DNA from: an uncultured Planctomycetaceae bacterium
Lineage (GTDB): Bacteria > Planctomycetota > Planctomycetia > Planctomycetales > Planctomycetaceae
Assembly: GCA_963813715.1 (NCBI GenBank)
Contig: CAWFAK010000017.1
Span: 576,001 to 640,000 of the forward strand
DNA length: 64,000 bases
Direction: 5' to 3'
Shown: positions 54,601 through 64,000 of the stretch, in pieces
How the letters are laid out: every line of letters starts with the position of its first letter
Numbering within the stretch: the stretch's first letter is position 1
The notes under the pieces: model-generated
Told to the model about the DNA's origin: nothing
The model's input: only the letters and a program-made list of their open reading frames with translations
Database searches by the model: none
Translations under genes and position numbers: made by a program

Positions 54601-54862
54601 CGTGCAGCGGATTCGCCACGCCCAAATCGACGCCGACCGGGACGACCGGCCGATCGCTGATGGCGAGGTCGTCACCGCCTGCCAGGCAGCCTGTCCGGCT
54701 GGGTCGATTGCATTCGGCGATTTGAGCAACTCGGCGGCCACGGTCGCGAAGTGGCAGGCGTCACCGCTTAACTACGCGCTTCTGGCAGAGTTAGGCACAC
54801 GGCCGCGGACGACGTACCTGGCCGCCGTCCGCAATCCAAACCCCGAGCTGGAGGGGGCCTGA
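51679..54862 (+). CDS. actB: Alternative complex III subunit B (Tat-exported molybdopterin-oxidoreductase-like domain plus Fe-S domain); three frameshifts
   Basis: YWRSLDEL (hand read); Tat/lipobox SRRHFLSLMGASLALAGLSGC; GRPTKIEGNPDHP; ANNGWLQE; Fe-S motifs CVGCKACVVAC, CMHCEKAPC, CVGTRFCSNNC and CSYC. Confidence 0.93.
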
Positions 54863-54863
54863 C

Positions 54864-56277
54864 ATGCCGAGAGCCGCAGGGGCGAGTCCGGCGGACGCCG
54901 CGCGACAAACCGCGGCGTCCGATGAGCTGCGGTACGTCCCCGTCGGCCATAGTTTTGCCTCGGTGACCGACCAAATCTCGGACCTGGTGCTCGGCCGTGC
55001 CACCCGCATGGGCTGGTACGTGACCTTCGCAGCCGGCTCGTTTCTGTTGCTGATGTTTTCCGGCGTTGTCGTATACCTGCTCGCCAAAGGGGTGGGCATC
55101 TGGGGGATCAACGTCCCCGTCGGCTGGTGCTTCGCGATCACGAGCTTCGTCTGGTGGATCGGCATCGGCCACGCCGGCACCCTGATCTCGGCCATTCTGG
55201 TGTTGCTGCATCAGAAATGGCGGACGTCGATCAACCGCATCGCCGAGGCGATGACCATCTTCGCCGTCATGTGCGCCGGCACGTTCCCACTCCTGCACCT
55301 GGGACGCCCGTGGTACTTCTATTGGCTGTTGCCTTATCCCAACACGATGAAGCTGTGGCCGCAGTTCCGCAGTGCGCTGGTGTGGGACGTCTTTGCCGTC
55401 AGCACGTATTTCACCGTGTCGCTGATGTTCTGGTACATGGGGATGATTCCCGACTTTGCCACGCTGCGCGACCGAGCCACGAAGAAGCGCTGGCAGATGG
55501 CTTACGGCATGCTGGCGATGGGCTGGCGCAATTCGGCCCGGCACTGGCATCGCTATCAGATGGCCTATTTGCTCTTGGCCGGACTCGCAACGCCGCTCGT
55601 CATCTCGGTGCACTCGGTCGTGAGCTCGGACTTTGCCATTTCGCTAGAGCCCGGCTGGCACGAGACGGTCTTTCCCCCCTACTTCGTCGCCGGCGCCCTG
55701 CTCTCAGGCTTCGCGATGGTCATCGCGCTGGCGATCCCCATGCGGCACTACTACGGCATCAAGGATTTCATCAGCCTGAGTCACTTGGAGGTGATGGCCA
55801 AGATCCTGTTGGCGACGTCGTTCTTCACTTCTTACGGCTACTTCAGCGAGCAGTTCATCACCTGGATTTCGGGCGAAACCTACGACAAGTACGTTTACCT
55901 CAACATCCTGATCGGCTGGCGGCAGTACGCCGTGATCACGTGGATCACCCTCGTGCTGCGTGTTCATCGCGCCGCAGTTGTTTTGGATTCCGCGGTTCCG
56001 CCGCAACGAGAAGGTGCTGTTTGTCGTTTCGGTGCTGGTGCTGGCGGGCATGTGGATGGAGCGGTACTTGCTCATCACCACCAGCCTGAGCCGCGATTTC
56101 CTGCCGTCTTCGTGGGGCATCTTCCAGCCGACGATTTGGGACATCCTGACTTACGTCGGGTCGATCGGACTGTTCGTCGTCACGTTTTTGTTGTTCTGCC
56201 GCTTTCTGCCGATGATCTCGATGTGCGAAATGCGGGGCCTGTTGCCGGGCTCGCGCGGGCACGAGGAGGGGCGATGA
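54864..56277 (+). CDS. actC: Alternative complex III NrfD-like quinol-binding subunit; frameshift near 55955
   Basis: FVWWIGIGHAGTLISAIL, HLGRPW, WDVFAVSTY, SVHSVVSSDF and GMWMERY. Confidence 0.93.
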
Positions 56278-56882
56278 CGTCGGACGCAAAGCCCAAACTC
56301 TTCGGCCTGATGGCGGAGTTCGCTTCCGTCGACGCGCTGTTCGCGGCCACCCGCCGTGCGCGGCAGGCAGGCTATCGCGAGATGGACGCGTACACGCCCT
56401 ACGCTGTCGAGGGACTGGCCGAGGAGCTGGGCGAGGGGAAAACCCGCGTCCCCGTGGTCGTGCTGATCGGCGGGTTGGTGGGGGCGGGCGCCGGCTTCCT
56501 GATGCAGTACTGGTCGATGGCCGTCGACTATCCGTTCAACGCCGGCGGCCGCCCGCTCAACAGTTGGCCCGCCTTCATTCCAATCGCGTTCGAGATGATG
56601 ATCCTCGTCGCGTCAATTTCGGCGTTTCTGAGCATGCTGTTCATGAACGACCTGCCGCGACCCCACCATCCGCTGTTCAACGTGCCGCAGTTCGCGCGGG
56701 CCAGTCAGGATCGCTTTTTCCTTTGCATCGAGGCGACCGATCCAAAATTCGATGCGGAGCGGACGCTGGAGTTTTTGTCGGCGGCCGAGTCGCACCTCGG
56801 CATCGTGGAAGTGCCGATGGACCCGCCCGCCGCCCCGAGCGAAACGTCCCTTGAGCAGACGCATGTGGCCGTGATGTCATGA
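56274..56882 (+). CDS. actD: Alternative complex III subunit D (DUF3341)
   Basis: GLMAEF, DAYTPYAVEGL, GGRPLNSWPAFIPIAFE and ASQDRFFLCIE; ATGA-coupled. Confidence 0.92.
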   Translation: MTSDAKPKLFGLMAEFASVDALFAATRRARQAGYREMDAYTPYAVEGLAEELGEGKTRVPVVVLIGGLVGAGAGFLMQYWSMAVDYPFNAGGRPLNSWPAFIPIAFEMMILVASISAFLSMLFMNDLPRPHHPLFNVPQFARASQDRFFLCIEATDPKFDAERTLEFLSAAESHLGIVEVPMDPPAAPSETSLEQTHVAVMS

Positions 56883-57589
56883 GCGTGCACGACACAAAAT
56901 CACGCGGCATTCGAGCGCACGATCATCTCGTGGCGTCCGTTCTGCTGCTGGTTCTGTCCGGCTGCCAGCAGCAGATGGCCAGCCAGCCGAGCTATCATCC
57001 GCTCGAGGCATCGACCTTCTTTGCCGATGGCCAAGCGTCGCGGCCCATCGTCAAAGGGACGGTCGCCCGGGGACATCTGGAGCTCGATTGGCACCTTTAC
57101 ACGGGCCGCATTCCTGGGGCGAACGCCAAGGCCGAGGCGTCGCGGATTGAAACGCCCAAGCCGACGGGCCAAAACGTGGGCGCCAACAAGGCCGACTTCG
57201 ATCGTGGACGATTCGTCGACACGTTTCCGGAACCGGTCACGCAGAAGATGATCGAGCATGGCTACCACCGCTTTATGATCTATTGCGTCGTCTGCCACGA
57301 TCCGATGGGAACCGGACGCGGCAAGATCGTCGAGCGGGGTTACATTCATCCCCCCTCGTTTCACATCGCCCGTTTGCGGACAGCGCCGGTTGGCCGCCTG
57401 TTCGCGGTGGCGACGGAGGGTTACGGAGCGATGCCCTCGTACGAGTCGCAGATTTCGGCCCGCGACCGCTGGGCCATCGTTGCCTTCATTCGCGCTTTGC
57501 AGCTGAGCCAGCATTTTCCGGTAGACCAGCTCACACCGGACATGCAAAGCCAACTGGCCGCCGCACGCTCGGCAAAGGAGGGGCCGTGA
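56879..57589 (+). CDS. actE: Alternative complex III monoheme cytochrome c lipoprotein
   Basis: Lipobox LSGC, GTVARG, CVVCH, GYGAMP and DRWAIVAFIRALQ. Confidence 0.92.
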   Translation: MSVHDTKSRGIRAHDHLVASVLLLVLSGCQQQMASQPSYHPLEASTFFADGQASRPIVKGTVARGHLELDWHLYTGRIPGANAKAEASRIETPKPTGQNVGANKADFDRGRFVDTFPEPVTQKMIEHGYHRFMIYCVVCHDPMGTGRGKIVERGYIHPPSFHIARLRTAPVGRLFAVATEGYGAMPSYESQISARDRWAIVAFIRALQLSQHFPVDQLTPDMQSQLAAARSAKEGP

Positions 57590-58816
57590 CCAGCGCCGCC
57601 TCCGATCACCTGAACGATGTCCGTTGGGGCCGCTGGTCTCTGCTGGTCGGCTGCATCGCGCTCGGACTCTGCGTGATCGGCGCGCTCTTGGGCGATCCGG
57701 ACCAGTTCTTCCGGGCGTATCTCGCCGCGTACATGTTCGTACTGGGGCTTGGGCTCGGCGGCCTGGCGATCCTGATGATCTACCATCTGACGGGGGGCGC
57801 CTGGGGCTATCTGATTCGCCGCGTGCTCGAGGCGCAGATGCGCACGCTGCCTTTAATGGCCCTCTTGTTCGTGCCAATCGGCTTCGGGATCGAGGCACTC
57901 TATCTGTGGGCGCGGCCGGATCTCGTGCGTGCGGACGAACGGCTGCAGAGCCAACAGTTTTATCTGAACAAGGATTTCTTCCTGGGACGGGCGGCGATCT
58001 ACTTTGCTATCTGGCTCTTCTTCGCGCTGCTGCTCACGCTGCGATCTCGCCGGCAGGACCAGACTGACGACGAGCGTATTCCAAACGGCCTGGAGCGGCT
58101 GGGCGAAATCGGCCTGGTGCTGTTTGGCACGACGATGCACTTCGCCGCGTTCGACTGGCTCGAAACGCTGCAACCGACTTTCCACTCCACGATCTTTCCG
58201 ATGCTGGTGGTCTCGGGCCAGCTGCTCAGTGCGCAGGCGCTTGCGGTGATCGTGTTCATCGCCTTTGTGCTTCCGCGGGATGCCGCCTCGATTGCTTCAC
58301 GGCGGGCACTCAACGATTTGGGCAACATCCTGTTTGCCTTCCTGGTGATCTGGGCCTACATGAATTTCTTCCAGTTCATGTTGATCTGGATTGCCAACCT
58401 GTCGTCCGACTGCGCTCTGGTACGCGCCGCGGTCGCAGGGAGCCTGGCGGCCGCTGGTATGGGCCCTGTGTTTTGCGAACTTCGTGATTCCGTTCTTCCT
58501 GCTGTTGATGCGGTCGATCAAGCAGCATCCGCCCAGCCTCGCGAAGGTGGCCGCGCTGATTTTGTTCTCGCAGGTGGTCTTCAACTACTACCTGGTGGTG
58601 CCCGTCTTTCAGGCCCCCGGTTTGCTTGAGCATTGGATGGATTTTGTGATGCCGGTCGGGCTGGGGGGAATTTGGTTTGCGTTGTTCGTCAATCGGCTGC
58701 GGAGCCGACCGTTGTTGCCGGTCCACGATCCGAACCGGGAAAAGGCCGCGCACCTACGGACCTTGGATGAGGAAGACCTCGAACGCGAGCACGTGCTGGT
58801 GCATTCGGGGACTTAA
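57586..58816 (+). CDS. actF: Alternative complex III membrane subunit F; frameshift near 58410
   Basis: YHLTGGAWG, YLNKDFFLGRA, FHSTIF, NDLGNILFAF and QFMLIWIANL. Confidence 0.9.
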
Positions 58817-58840
58817 GGGCCTAACGCGTCGCAATCCGCC

Positions 58841-59383
58841 ATGTCTGATCCCAACACCAATCGCGATGCCGAACACGCGCTGGAGCCGAGTGCCGGGGCC
58901 GAACCGCCGTCCCCGGTGCGGCCTGAGAATCGTTACGAAGAGACCGATGCCAGCTTTCGCGCCGTGACAATCGTGGCCGTCGTCGGCTGCGTGATTGGCG
59001 CGGTCGTGTTCGTCGCCGTGCGGGGATTTTACTGGGCGGCCCTCGAGTCGCAGCCGCCGGCTCGCGCCACGACATTCACCGCTCCGGAAAACCCGACCGA
59101 GCAACTGCCGCCGGAGCCGCGGTTGGAACTGCTGGACCGCCAGCAGAAAACGCCTGCCTCCAATGTCTCGCGCTGGGAGCGAGGCGAAGAGAAATCCTTA
59201 GAGACCTATGGCACTTCCGACGAAAAAGGTTTCGTGCGAATTCCGCTCAAGGAGGCGATGCACATCGTCGTGGGACAATTGCCCGCCCGCAAAGCTGCCG
59301 ATCAACCCAAGTTCCCCGACAGAGGGCTGATCGACGCCGGCGAATCGAACTCGGGCCGAATGTTTCGAGGAGGCTCGCCATGA
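58841..59383 (+). CDS. Single-TM protein of act-cox operons (ActG-position hypothetical)
   Basis: YEETDA, a TM helix, PPEPRLE and GFVRIPLKEAM; lies between actF and SCO. Confidence 0.75.
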   Translation: MSDPNTNRDAEHALEPSAGAEPPSPVRPENRYEETDASFRAVTIVAVVGCVIGAVVFVAVRGFYWAALESQPPARATTFTAPENPTEQLPPEPRLELLDRQQKTPASNVSRWERGEEKSLETYGTSDEKGFVRIPLKEAMHIVVGQLPARKAADQPKFPDRGLIDAGESNSGRMFRGGSP

Positions 59384-60240
59384 GGCGCGCGGCCCTGTCC
59401 GTACTCATCCTTGGCTCGGTGCTCTTGGCCGGTGCGCCTGCCCTTTCTCGTGCCGCGGCGCCGCTGCCGCCGATTTTGACGAAGGTGACTTTCGAGCAGC
59501 GGCTTAATGAAACGGTCCCGCTCGACGCGGCCTTCCGCGATGAGGACGGTCACGAGGTCAAGTTGGGAAAGTACTTCGGTGCGCAGCCGGTCGTGTTGGT
59601 GATGGCCTATTTTCGCTGCCCGATGCTCTGTACGCAGGTGCTCAATGGGACGGTCGAGGGTTTGCGGGAAAGTGAGCTGACCATCGGCAAGGACTTCCGC
59701 GTGGTCACCATCAGCTTCGATCCGAGCGATTCGCCGCGGATGGCCACGGCCAAGAAGGCCAATTACATCCGCGCCTACGCGGATCCGCGGGCGGCGGCCG
59801 ACTGGCATTTTTTGACAGGCACGAAAGACTCAATCGACCGCGTCGCCCAGGCCATCGGCTTTCGGTACGCCTATGACGAGGCCAGCGATCAGTACGCGCA
59901 CGCGGCGGGAATTGTCGTGCTGACGCCGGGCGGCAAGATCTCTCGCTACTTTTACGACGTGCACTACTCCGGCCGCGATCTCCGCCTGGGACTGGTCGAG
60001 GCGTCGCAAAACCGGATCGGCACGGCCATCGATCAGGTGCTGCTCTTTTGCTTCCACTACGACCCGACGGCCGGCCGCTACGGCGCGGCCGTGATGAACT
60101 TCGTCCGCGCCGGCGGCGTGTTGACGGTGATCGGCTTGCTGGTGTTTTACGTGGCCTTGATGCGGGGCGAGCGACGGCGTCGCGGATTGCTGGCGGCGGC
60201 CGTGCCCGTCGTCCGTGCCAACGGCGAATTGACCGGCTGA
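59380..60240 (+). CDS. SCO family copper chaperone
   Basis: YFRCPMLC (CxxxC), WHFLTG and QYAH. Confidence 0.92.
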   Translation: MRRAALSVLILGSVLLAGAPALSRAAAPLPPILTKVTFEQRLNETVPLDAAFRDEDGHEVKLGKYFGAQPVVLVMAYFRCPMLCTQVLNGTVEGLRESELTIGKDFRVVTISFDPSDSPRMATAKKANYIRAYADPRAAADWHFLTGTKDSIDRVAQAIGFRYAYDEASDQYAHAAGIVVLTPGGKISRYFYDVHYSGRDLRLGLVEASQNRIGTAIDQVLLFCFHYDPTAGRYGAAVMNFVRAGGVLTVIGLLVFYVALMRGERRRRGLLAAAVPVVRANGELTG

Positions 60241-60247
60241 CGAGGAT

Positions 60248-61300
60248 GTGATGCTCGATTCGGCCAAAAGTGCCTGGTTTCCACCCGAAGCGTCGACGAC
60301 GGCTGCGCACGTCGACTTGTTGCTCTATTTCCTGTTGGCCGTCTGCGGATCGGTCGGGCTGCTCGTCGCCTTTCTGATGATCTACTTCTGCATTCGCTAC
60401 CGGCGGCGTCCAGGCGCCGGCCGGCCGGCCCGTACGCACGCTTCGCACGCGCTCGAGTGGTTCTGGACCATCGTGCCATTTTTCATCTTCATGGGAATCT
60501 TCGTCTGGGGAGCCGTCGTCTATGTCGACGCGTACCACGCTCCGCCCGACTCGATCCCCGTGTACGGCATTGGCAAGCAGTGGATGTGGAAGTTCCAGCA
60601 TCCCGAGGGGCAGCGCGAAATCAACACGCTGCACGTCCCGCTCGGCCGGCCCGTGCAGGTGCTGCTCACGTCCGAGGACGTGATCCACAGCTTCTTCATC
60701 CCCGCCTTTCGCGTGCACATGGATGTCCTGCCCAACCGCTATACGTCGGTTTGGTTCGAGGCGACCAAGCCGGGCGAATACCACCTCTTCTGTTCGCAAT
60801 ACTGCGGCACCAATCACGCCGGCATGATCGGCACGGTCGTGGTGATGGAGCAGGCGGACTTCGAGAGCTGGCTGTCGCTGCATGCGGAAGGGTCGCTGGC
60901 ACTCGAGGGGCGGAAGGTCTTCCTCAAATACCGCTGCATCAGCTGCCATAGCGCCACGGCCGGCGCGCGGGCTCCGGTTCTCGAGGGGCTGTACGGAAAC
61001 ATCGCGCGGCTGAACAACGGCCGCTCGGTCGTGGCGGACGACGCGTACATTCGCGAATCGATCCTCGATCCGGGAGCGAAGATCGCCGCCGGCTGGGAAA
61101 ACATCATGCCGACGTTCCGCGGCCAGATCAGCGAGGAGGAGATCTACGCCCTGATTTCCTACTTCCGTTCGTTGCAGCGGGGCGAGACGCCGCGCCGCGT
61201 CGAAGAGTATCCGCCGCCGACTTCGACGCCCCCGATCAACACCACCGCACCGGACAGCAGCGCGACCGAGGGCAAATCGACCGCGCCGAAAGAGCCCTGA
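60248..61300 (+). CDS. coxB: Cytochrome c oxidase subunit II with a fused cytochrome c (caa3 type)
   Basis: QWMWKF, DVIHSF, CuA motif CSQYCGTNHAGM and a C-terminal CISCH. Confidence 0.95.
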   Translation: MMLDSAKSAWFPPEASTTAAHVDLLLYFLLAVCGSVGLLVAFLMIYFCIRYRRRPGAGRPARTHASHALEWFWTIVPFFIFMGIFVWGAVVYVDAYHAPPDSIPVYGIGKQWMWKFQHPEGQREINTLHVPLGRPVQVLLTSEDVIHSFFIPAFRVHMDVLPNRYTSVWFEATKPGEYHLFCSQYCGTNHAGMIGTVVVMEQADFESWLSLHAEGSLALEGRKVFLKYRCISCHSATAGARAPVLEGLYGNIARLNNGRSVVADDAYIRESILDPGAKIAAGWENIMPTFRGQISEEEIYALISYFRSLQRGETPRRVEEYPPPTSTPPINTTAPDSSATEGKSTAPKEP

Positions 61301-61310
61301 CGGAGCCGCC

Positions 61311-62962
61311 ATGACGATCGCCACCCTGCCCGTTTCCGCCTCTCAGCCGGTCGAGCCGCCGGCCGAGGGGTCGAACTACCTCAACGTTTCGTACGGCGTC
61401 GTCTCGTGGCTGTTGACCAAAGATCACAAGCGGATCGCCATCCTCTACTTGATCAGCGTCACGGCGATGTTTCTGCTGGGCGGCCTGGCCATCTCCATCG
61501 TGCGGCTGCACCTGATGACACCTCAGGGGACCCTCGTCTCGGCCGACACGTACAACCGGCTGTTCACGATGCACGGCGTGATCATGGTCTTCTTCTTCTT
61601 GGTGCCGGTCGCGCCGGCCGTGCTGGGTAATTTCTGCCTGCCCCTGATGATTGGGGCCAAAGACCTGGCCTTTCCCCGGATCAATCTGCTGAGCTGGTAT
61701 CTGTACGTGATCGGTGGCGCCTGGACGCTGTTTGCGATGCTGACCGAAGGGGTCGACACCGGCTGGACGTTTTACGCTCCCTACAGCTCACAGGCGACGC
61801 ACTACAACGTGGTCCCCACGCTCATCGGCCTGGTGCTGGCCGGCTTCTCGTCGCTGTTCACCGGGCTCAACTTCATCGTCACCACGCACTGGCTGCGGGC
61901 GCCGGGCTGACCTGGTTCCGCTTGCCAATCTTCGTCTGGGCGATGTACGCGACCAGCTTCATCTCGCTTTTGGCCGTCCCCGTGCTCGCGATGGCGCTGA
62001 TCCTGCTGATGCTCGAGCGGCTCTTGCACATCGGCATTTTCGATCCGGCCTTGGGGGGCGATCCCCTGCTGTTCCAGCATCTGTTTTGGTTTTACTCCCA
62101 CCCGGCGGTCTACATCATGATCCTGCCGGGGATGGGCATCGTCAGCGAAGTGATTCCCTGCTTCGCCCGCAAGTCGCTGTTTGGTTACACGTTCGTGGCC
62201 TATTCGTCGCTGGCCATCGCCTTTTTGAGCTTTCTGGTCTGGGCCCATCACATGTTCGTGGCGGGCATCACGCTGTATGCGGCACTGGTCTTCTCCTGCC
62301 TGAGCTTTTTGGTGGCCGTGCCGTCGGCGATCAAGGTCTTCAACTGGACGGCCACGCTCTACAAGGGGTCGATTGCCTTCGAAACGCCCATGCTGTTTTG
62401 CCTGGGGTTCGTGGCGCTGTTTACGGCCGGCGGACTGACCGGGCTCTTTCTGGCGACGCTGGGTGTCGACATTCACGTGCACGACACCTACTTCGTGATC
62501 GCCCACTTCCACTTCATCATGGTGGGCGGCATGGTAATGGCTTACATGGGCGGGCTGCATTTTTGGTGGCCCAAGATGACGGGCCGCATGTATTCGCAAT
62601 GGTGGTCGCGGCTGGCCGCGCTGATCATCTTCGTCGGCTTCTTCCTCACGTTCCTGCCGCAGTTCATCGTCGGCTACAACGGGATGCCCCGGCGGTATTA
62701 CCAGTACGTTCCGGAATTCCAGGTGTGGAACGTGCTTTCGTCGGCGGGCGCCTCGATCCTCGCGGTCGGCTACCTGTTGCCGCTGGGATACCTGCTCTAC
62801 TCGCTCCGCTATGGTCCGCGGACGGGAAGCAACCCGTGGGGCGCGACCGGGCTGGAGTGGACCACGACCTCGCCGCCGCCGCGCGACAACTTCGCCGTCA
62901 CGCCGATCGTCGTCCGCGGCCCCTACGAATACGACACCGGAAAAGCCCAGAATGAGCCTTAG
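61311..62962 (+). CDS. coxA: Cytochrome c oxidase subunit I (A2 type); single-base frameshift near 61905
   Basis: [33 protein letters not shown] and VIAHFH. Adding one G to the GGG run restores [10 protein letters not shown]. Confidence 0.95.
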
Positions 62963-63683
62963 AGATACGCTCTTCACACAGGCCGAGCAGAAGGCCCTCT
63001 TCGATCACACGTTCCTCGCGCGGGACCGGCTCGAAGAGCAATACGCCTCGCTGCCTCACCAGAGCGAGACGGCCGCCTTCGGCATGTGGGTCTTTCTGGC
63101 GACGGAGGTAATGTTTTTCGGCACGCTCTTCGTCGCGGTCGGCGCGTATTGGATCTTTTCTCCGAAAACGATCGAGCGGGCGAGCCTCGAGCTCAACTGG
63201 GTCATCGGTGGGATCAATACGGTCGTGCTCTTGGTCAGCAGCCTGATGATGGTGCTGGCGATTCACGCGGCGCAGCTCAATCGGCAGCGTGAAGTGTTTC
63301 GCTACCTCGTGCTGACGGCCGGCCTGGGAGTCCTCTTTCTTTGCTTCAAGGCGCTCGAATACTACATCGATTACAAGGAAAACCTGATTCCGGGCTTCAA
63401 GTTCGACGATGCCGAGTGGATTGCCCGCGGCGTCGATGCCAGCCAACTCGGCTATGTGAAAATGTTCCTGTTTCTCTACTGGACAATGACCGGCTTCCAC
63501 GCGATCCACGTGACGATCGGCATCGGCGTCGTGGTGGTGATGGCCGTACTCACGCGGCGGGGCCATTTCTCGGCCGAATATTATTCGCCTCTCGACGTCA
63601 CGGGGCTGTACTGGCACTTCGTCGACATCGTTTGGATCTTTGTGTTCCCCACGTTGTATTTGCTGGGCACCCACACGTTGTGA
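62952..63683 (+). CDS. coxC: Cytochrome c oxidase subunit III
   Basis: [23 protein letters not shown] and [11 protein letters not shown]. Confidence 0.93.
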   Translation: MSLRDTLFTQAEQKALFDHTFLARDRLEEQYASLPHQSETAAFGMWVFLATEVMFFGTLFVAVGAYWIFSPKTIERASLELNWVIGGINTVVLLVSSLMMVLAIHAAQLNRQREVFRYLVLTAGLGVLFLCFKALEYYIDYKENLIPGFKFDDAEWIARGVDASQLGYVKMFLFLYWTMTGFHAIHVTIGIGVVVVMAVLTRRGHFSAEYYSPLDVTGLYWHFVDIVWIFVFPTLYLLGTHTL

Positions 63684-63705
63684 CGTCCGCCGACCGAGGT
63701 TCGCG

Positions 63706-64000
63706 ATGTCGAGCAAAATCACTCCGGCCAACACGTACATTGTCGTGCTGATTGCGCTGTTGGTGTTGACGGTCTTGACGGTCGGGGTCTCGTTCGTGCC
63801 GCTGCCGCCGATCGGGCACGTGGTCGCGGGGCTGTCGATCGCCGCGCTCAAGGCCACGCTCGTCGTGCTGATCTTCATGCACGCGCTGCACAGCCCGCGA
63901 ATCACGTGGTGCGTGATCGTGGCGTCGATCGCTTGGGTGTTGATTCTGTTTTCGCTGACGTACGCCGACTACCTGACGCGGGGCTCGCTCCCGCAAATGC
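63706..64000 (+). CDS. coxD: Cytochrome c oxidase subunit IV, truncated by the window edge
   Basis: Hand read: MSSKITPANTYIVVLIALLVLTVLTV...IAALKATLVVLIFMH...ADYLTRG. Confidence 0.85.
   Translation, partial: MSSKITPANTYIVVLIALLVLTVLTVGVSFVPLPPIGHVVAGLSIAALKATLVVLIFMHALHSPRITWCVIVASIAWVLILFSLTYADYLTRGSLPQM

Noticed and set aside
54864..56882. Apparent ActC-ActD fusion (672-aa ORF)
   Set aside because: Produced by a frameshift near 55955; the real ActC C-terminus is in ORF 55960..56277 and ActD has its own RBS and ATG at 56274.
61908..61910. TGA in coxA as selenocysteine, readthrough or a split subunit I
   Set aside because: The downstream part is in a different frame; one missing G in a GGG run restores the normal sequence.

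Overview
GC-rich window from a Planctomycetota genome, most likely Planctomycetales: the 16S rRNA carries the PLA46, PLA886 and EUB338-II probe signatures. Single-base frameshifts interrupt about 18 otherwise intact genes, which is best explained by long-read assembly indels rather than real pseudogenes. Layout: (1) 1-14 kb, a general-stress island with split LigD, a ferritin-like protein, DUF3309, two CsbD proteins, DUF883/YqjE-like small membrane proteins, an AI-2E transporter, YihY, and a PDZ protein with a metal-ligand-free Cu/Zn-SOD-like domain. Most of its transcription units are preceded by a correctly spaced sigma-54-type -24/-12 motif. (2) 14-32 kb, housekeeping and metabolism: ackA, an HD-GYP response regulator, PPi-type pfk, accC, accB, an M24 peptidase, a sialidase-like protein, acpS, prpD, a PQQ-like propeller, a fluoride riboswitch-crcB-DUF190 unit and an aminotransferase V. 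(3) A small accessory block, a stand-alone 16S rRNA gene with its own promoter and terminator, and metG. (4) 40-50 kb: a dead-C39/gluzincin fusion, an ECF sigma factor with a CxxCH-bearing anti-sigma candidate, a ~0.8 kb non-coding composite repeat island, SulP, a beta-CASP MBL nuclease, lspA and a dksA-like gene. (5) 51-64 kb, the alternative complex III (actABCDEF) plus SCO and A2-type caa3 oxidase operon, also preceded by a sigma-54-type motif. No CRISPR array, tRNA, integrase or transposase was seen.
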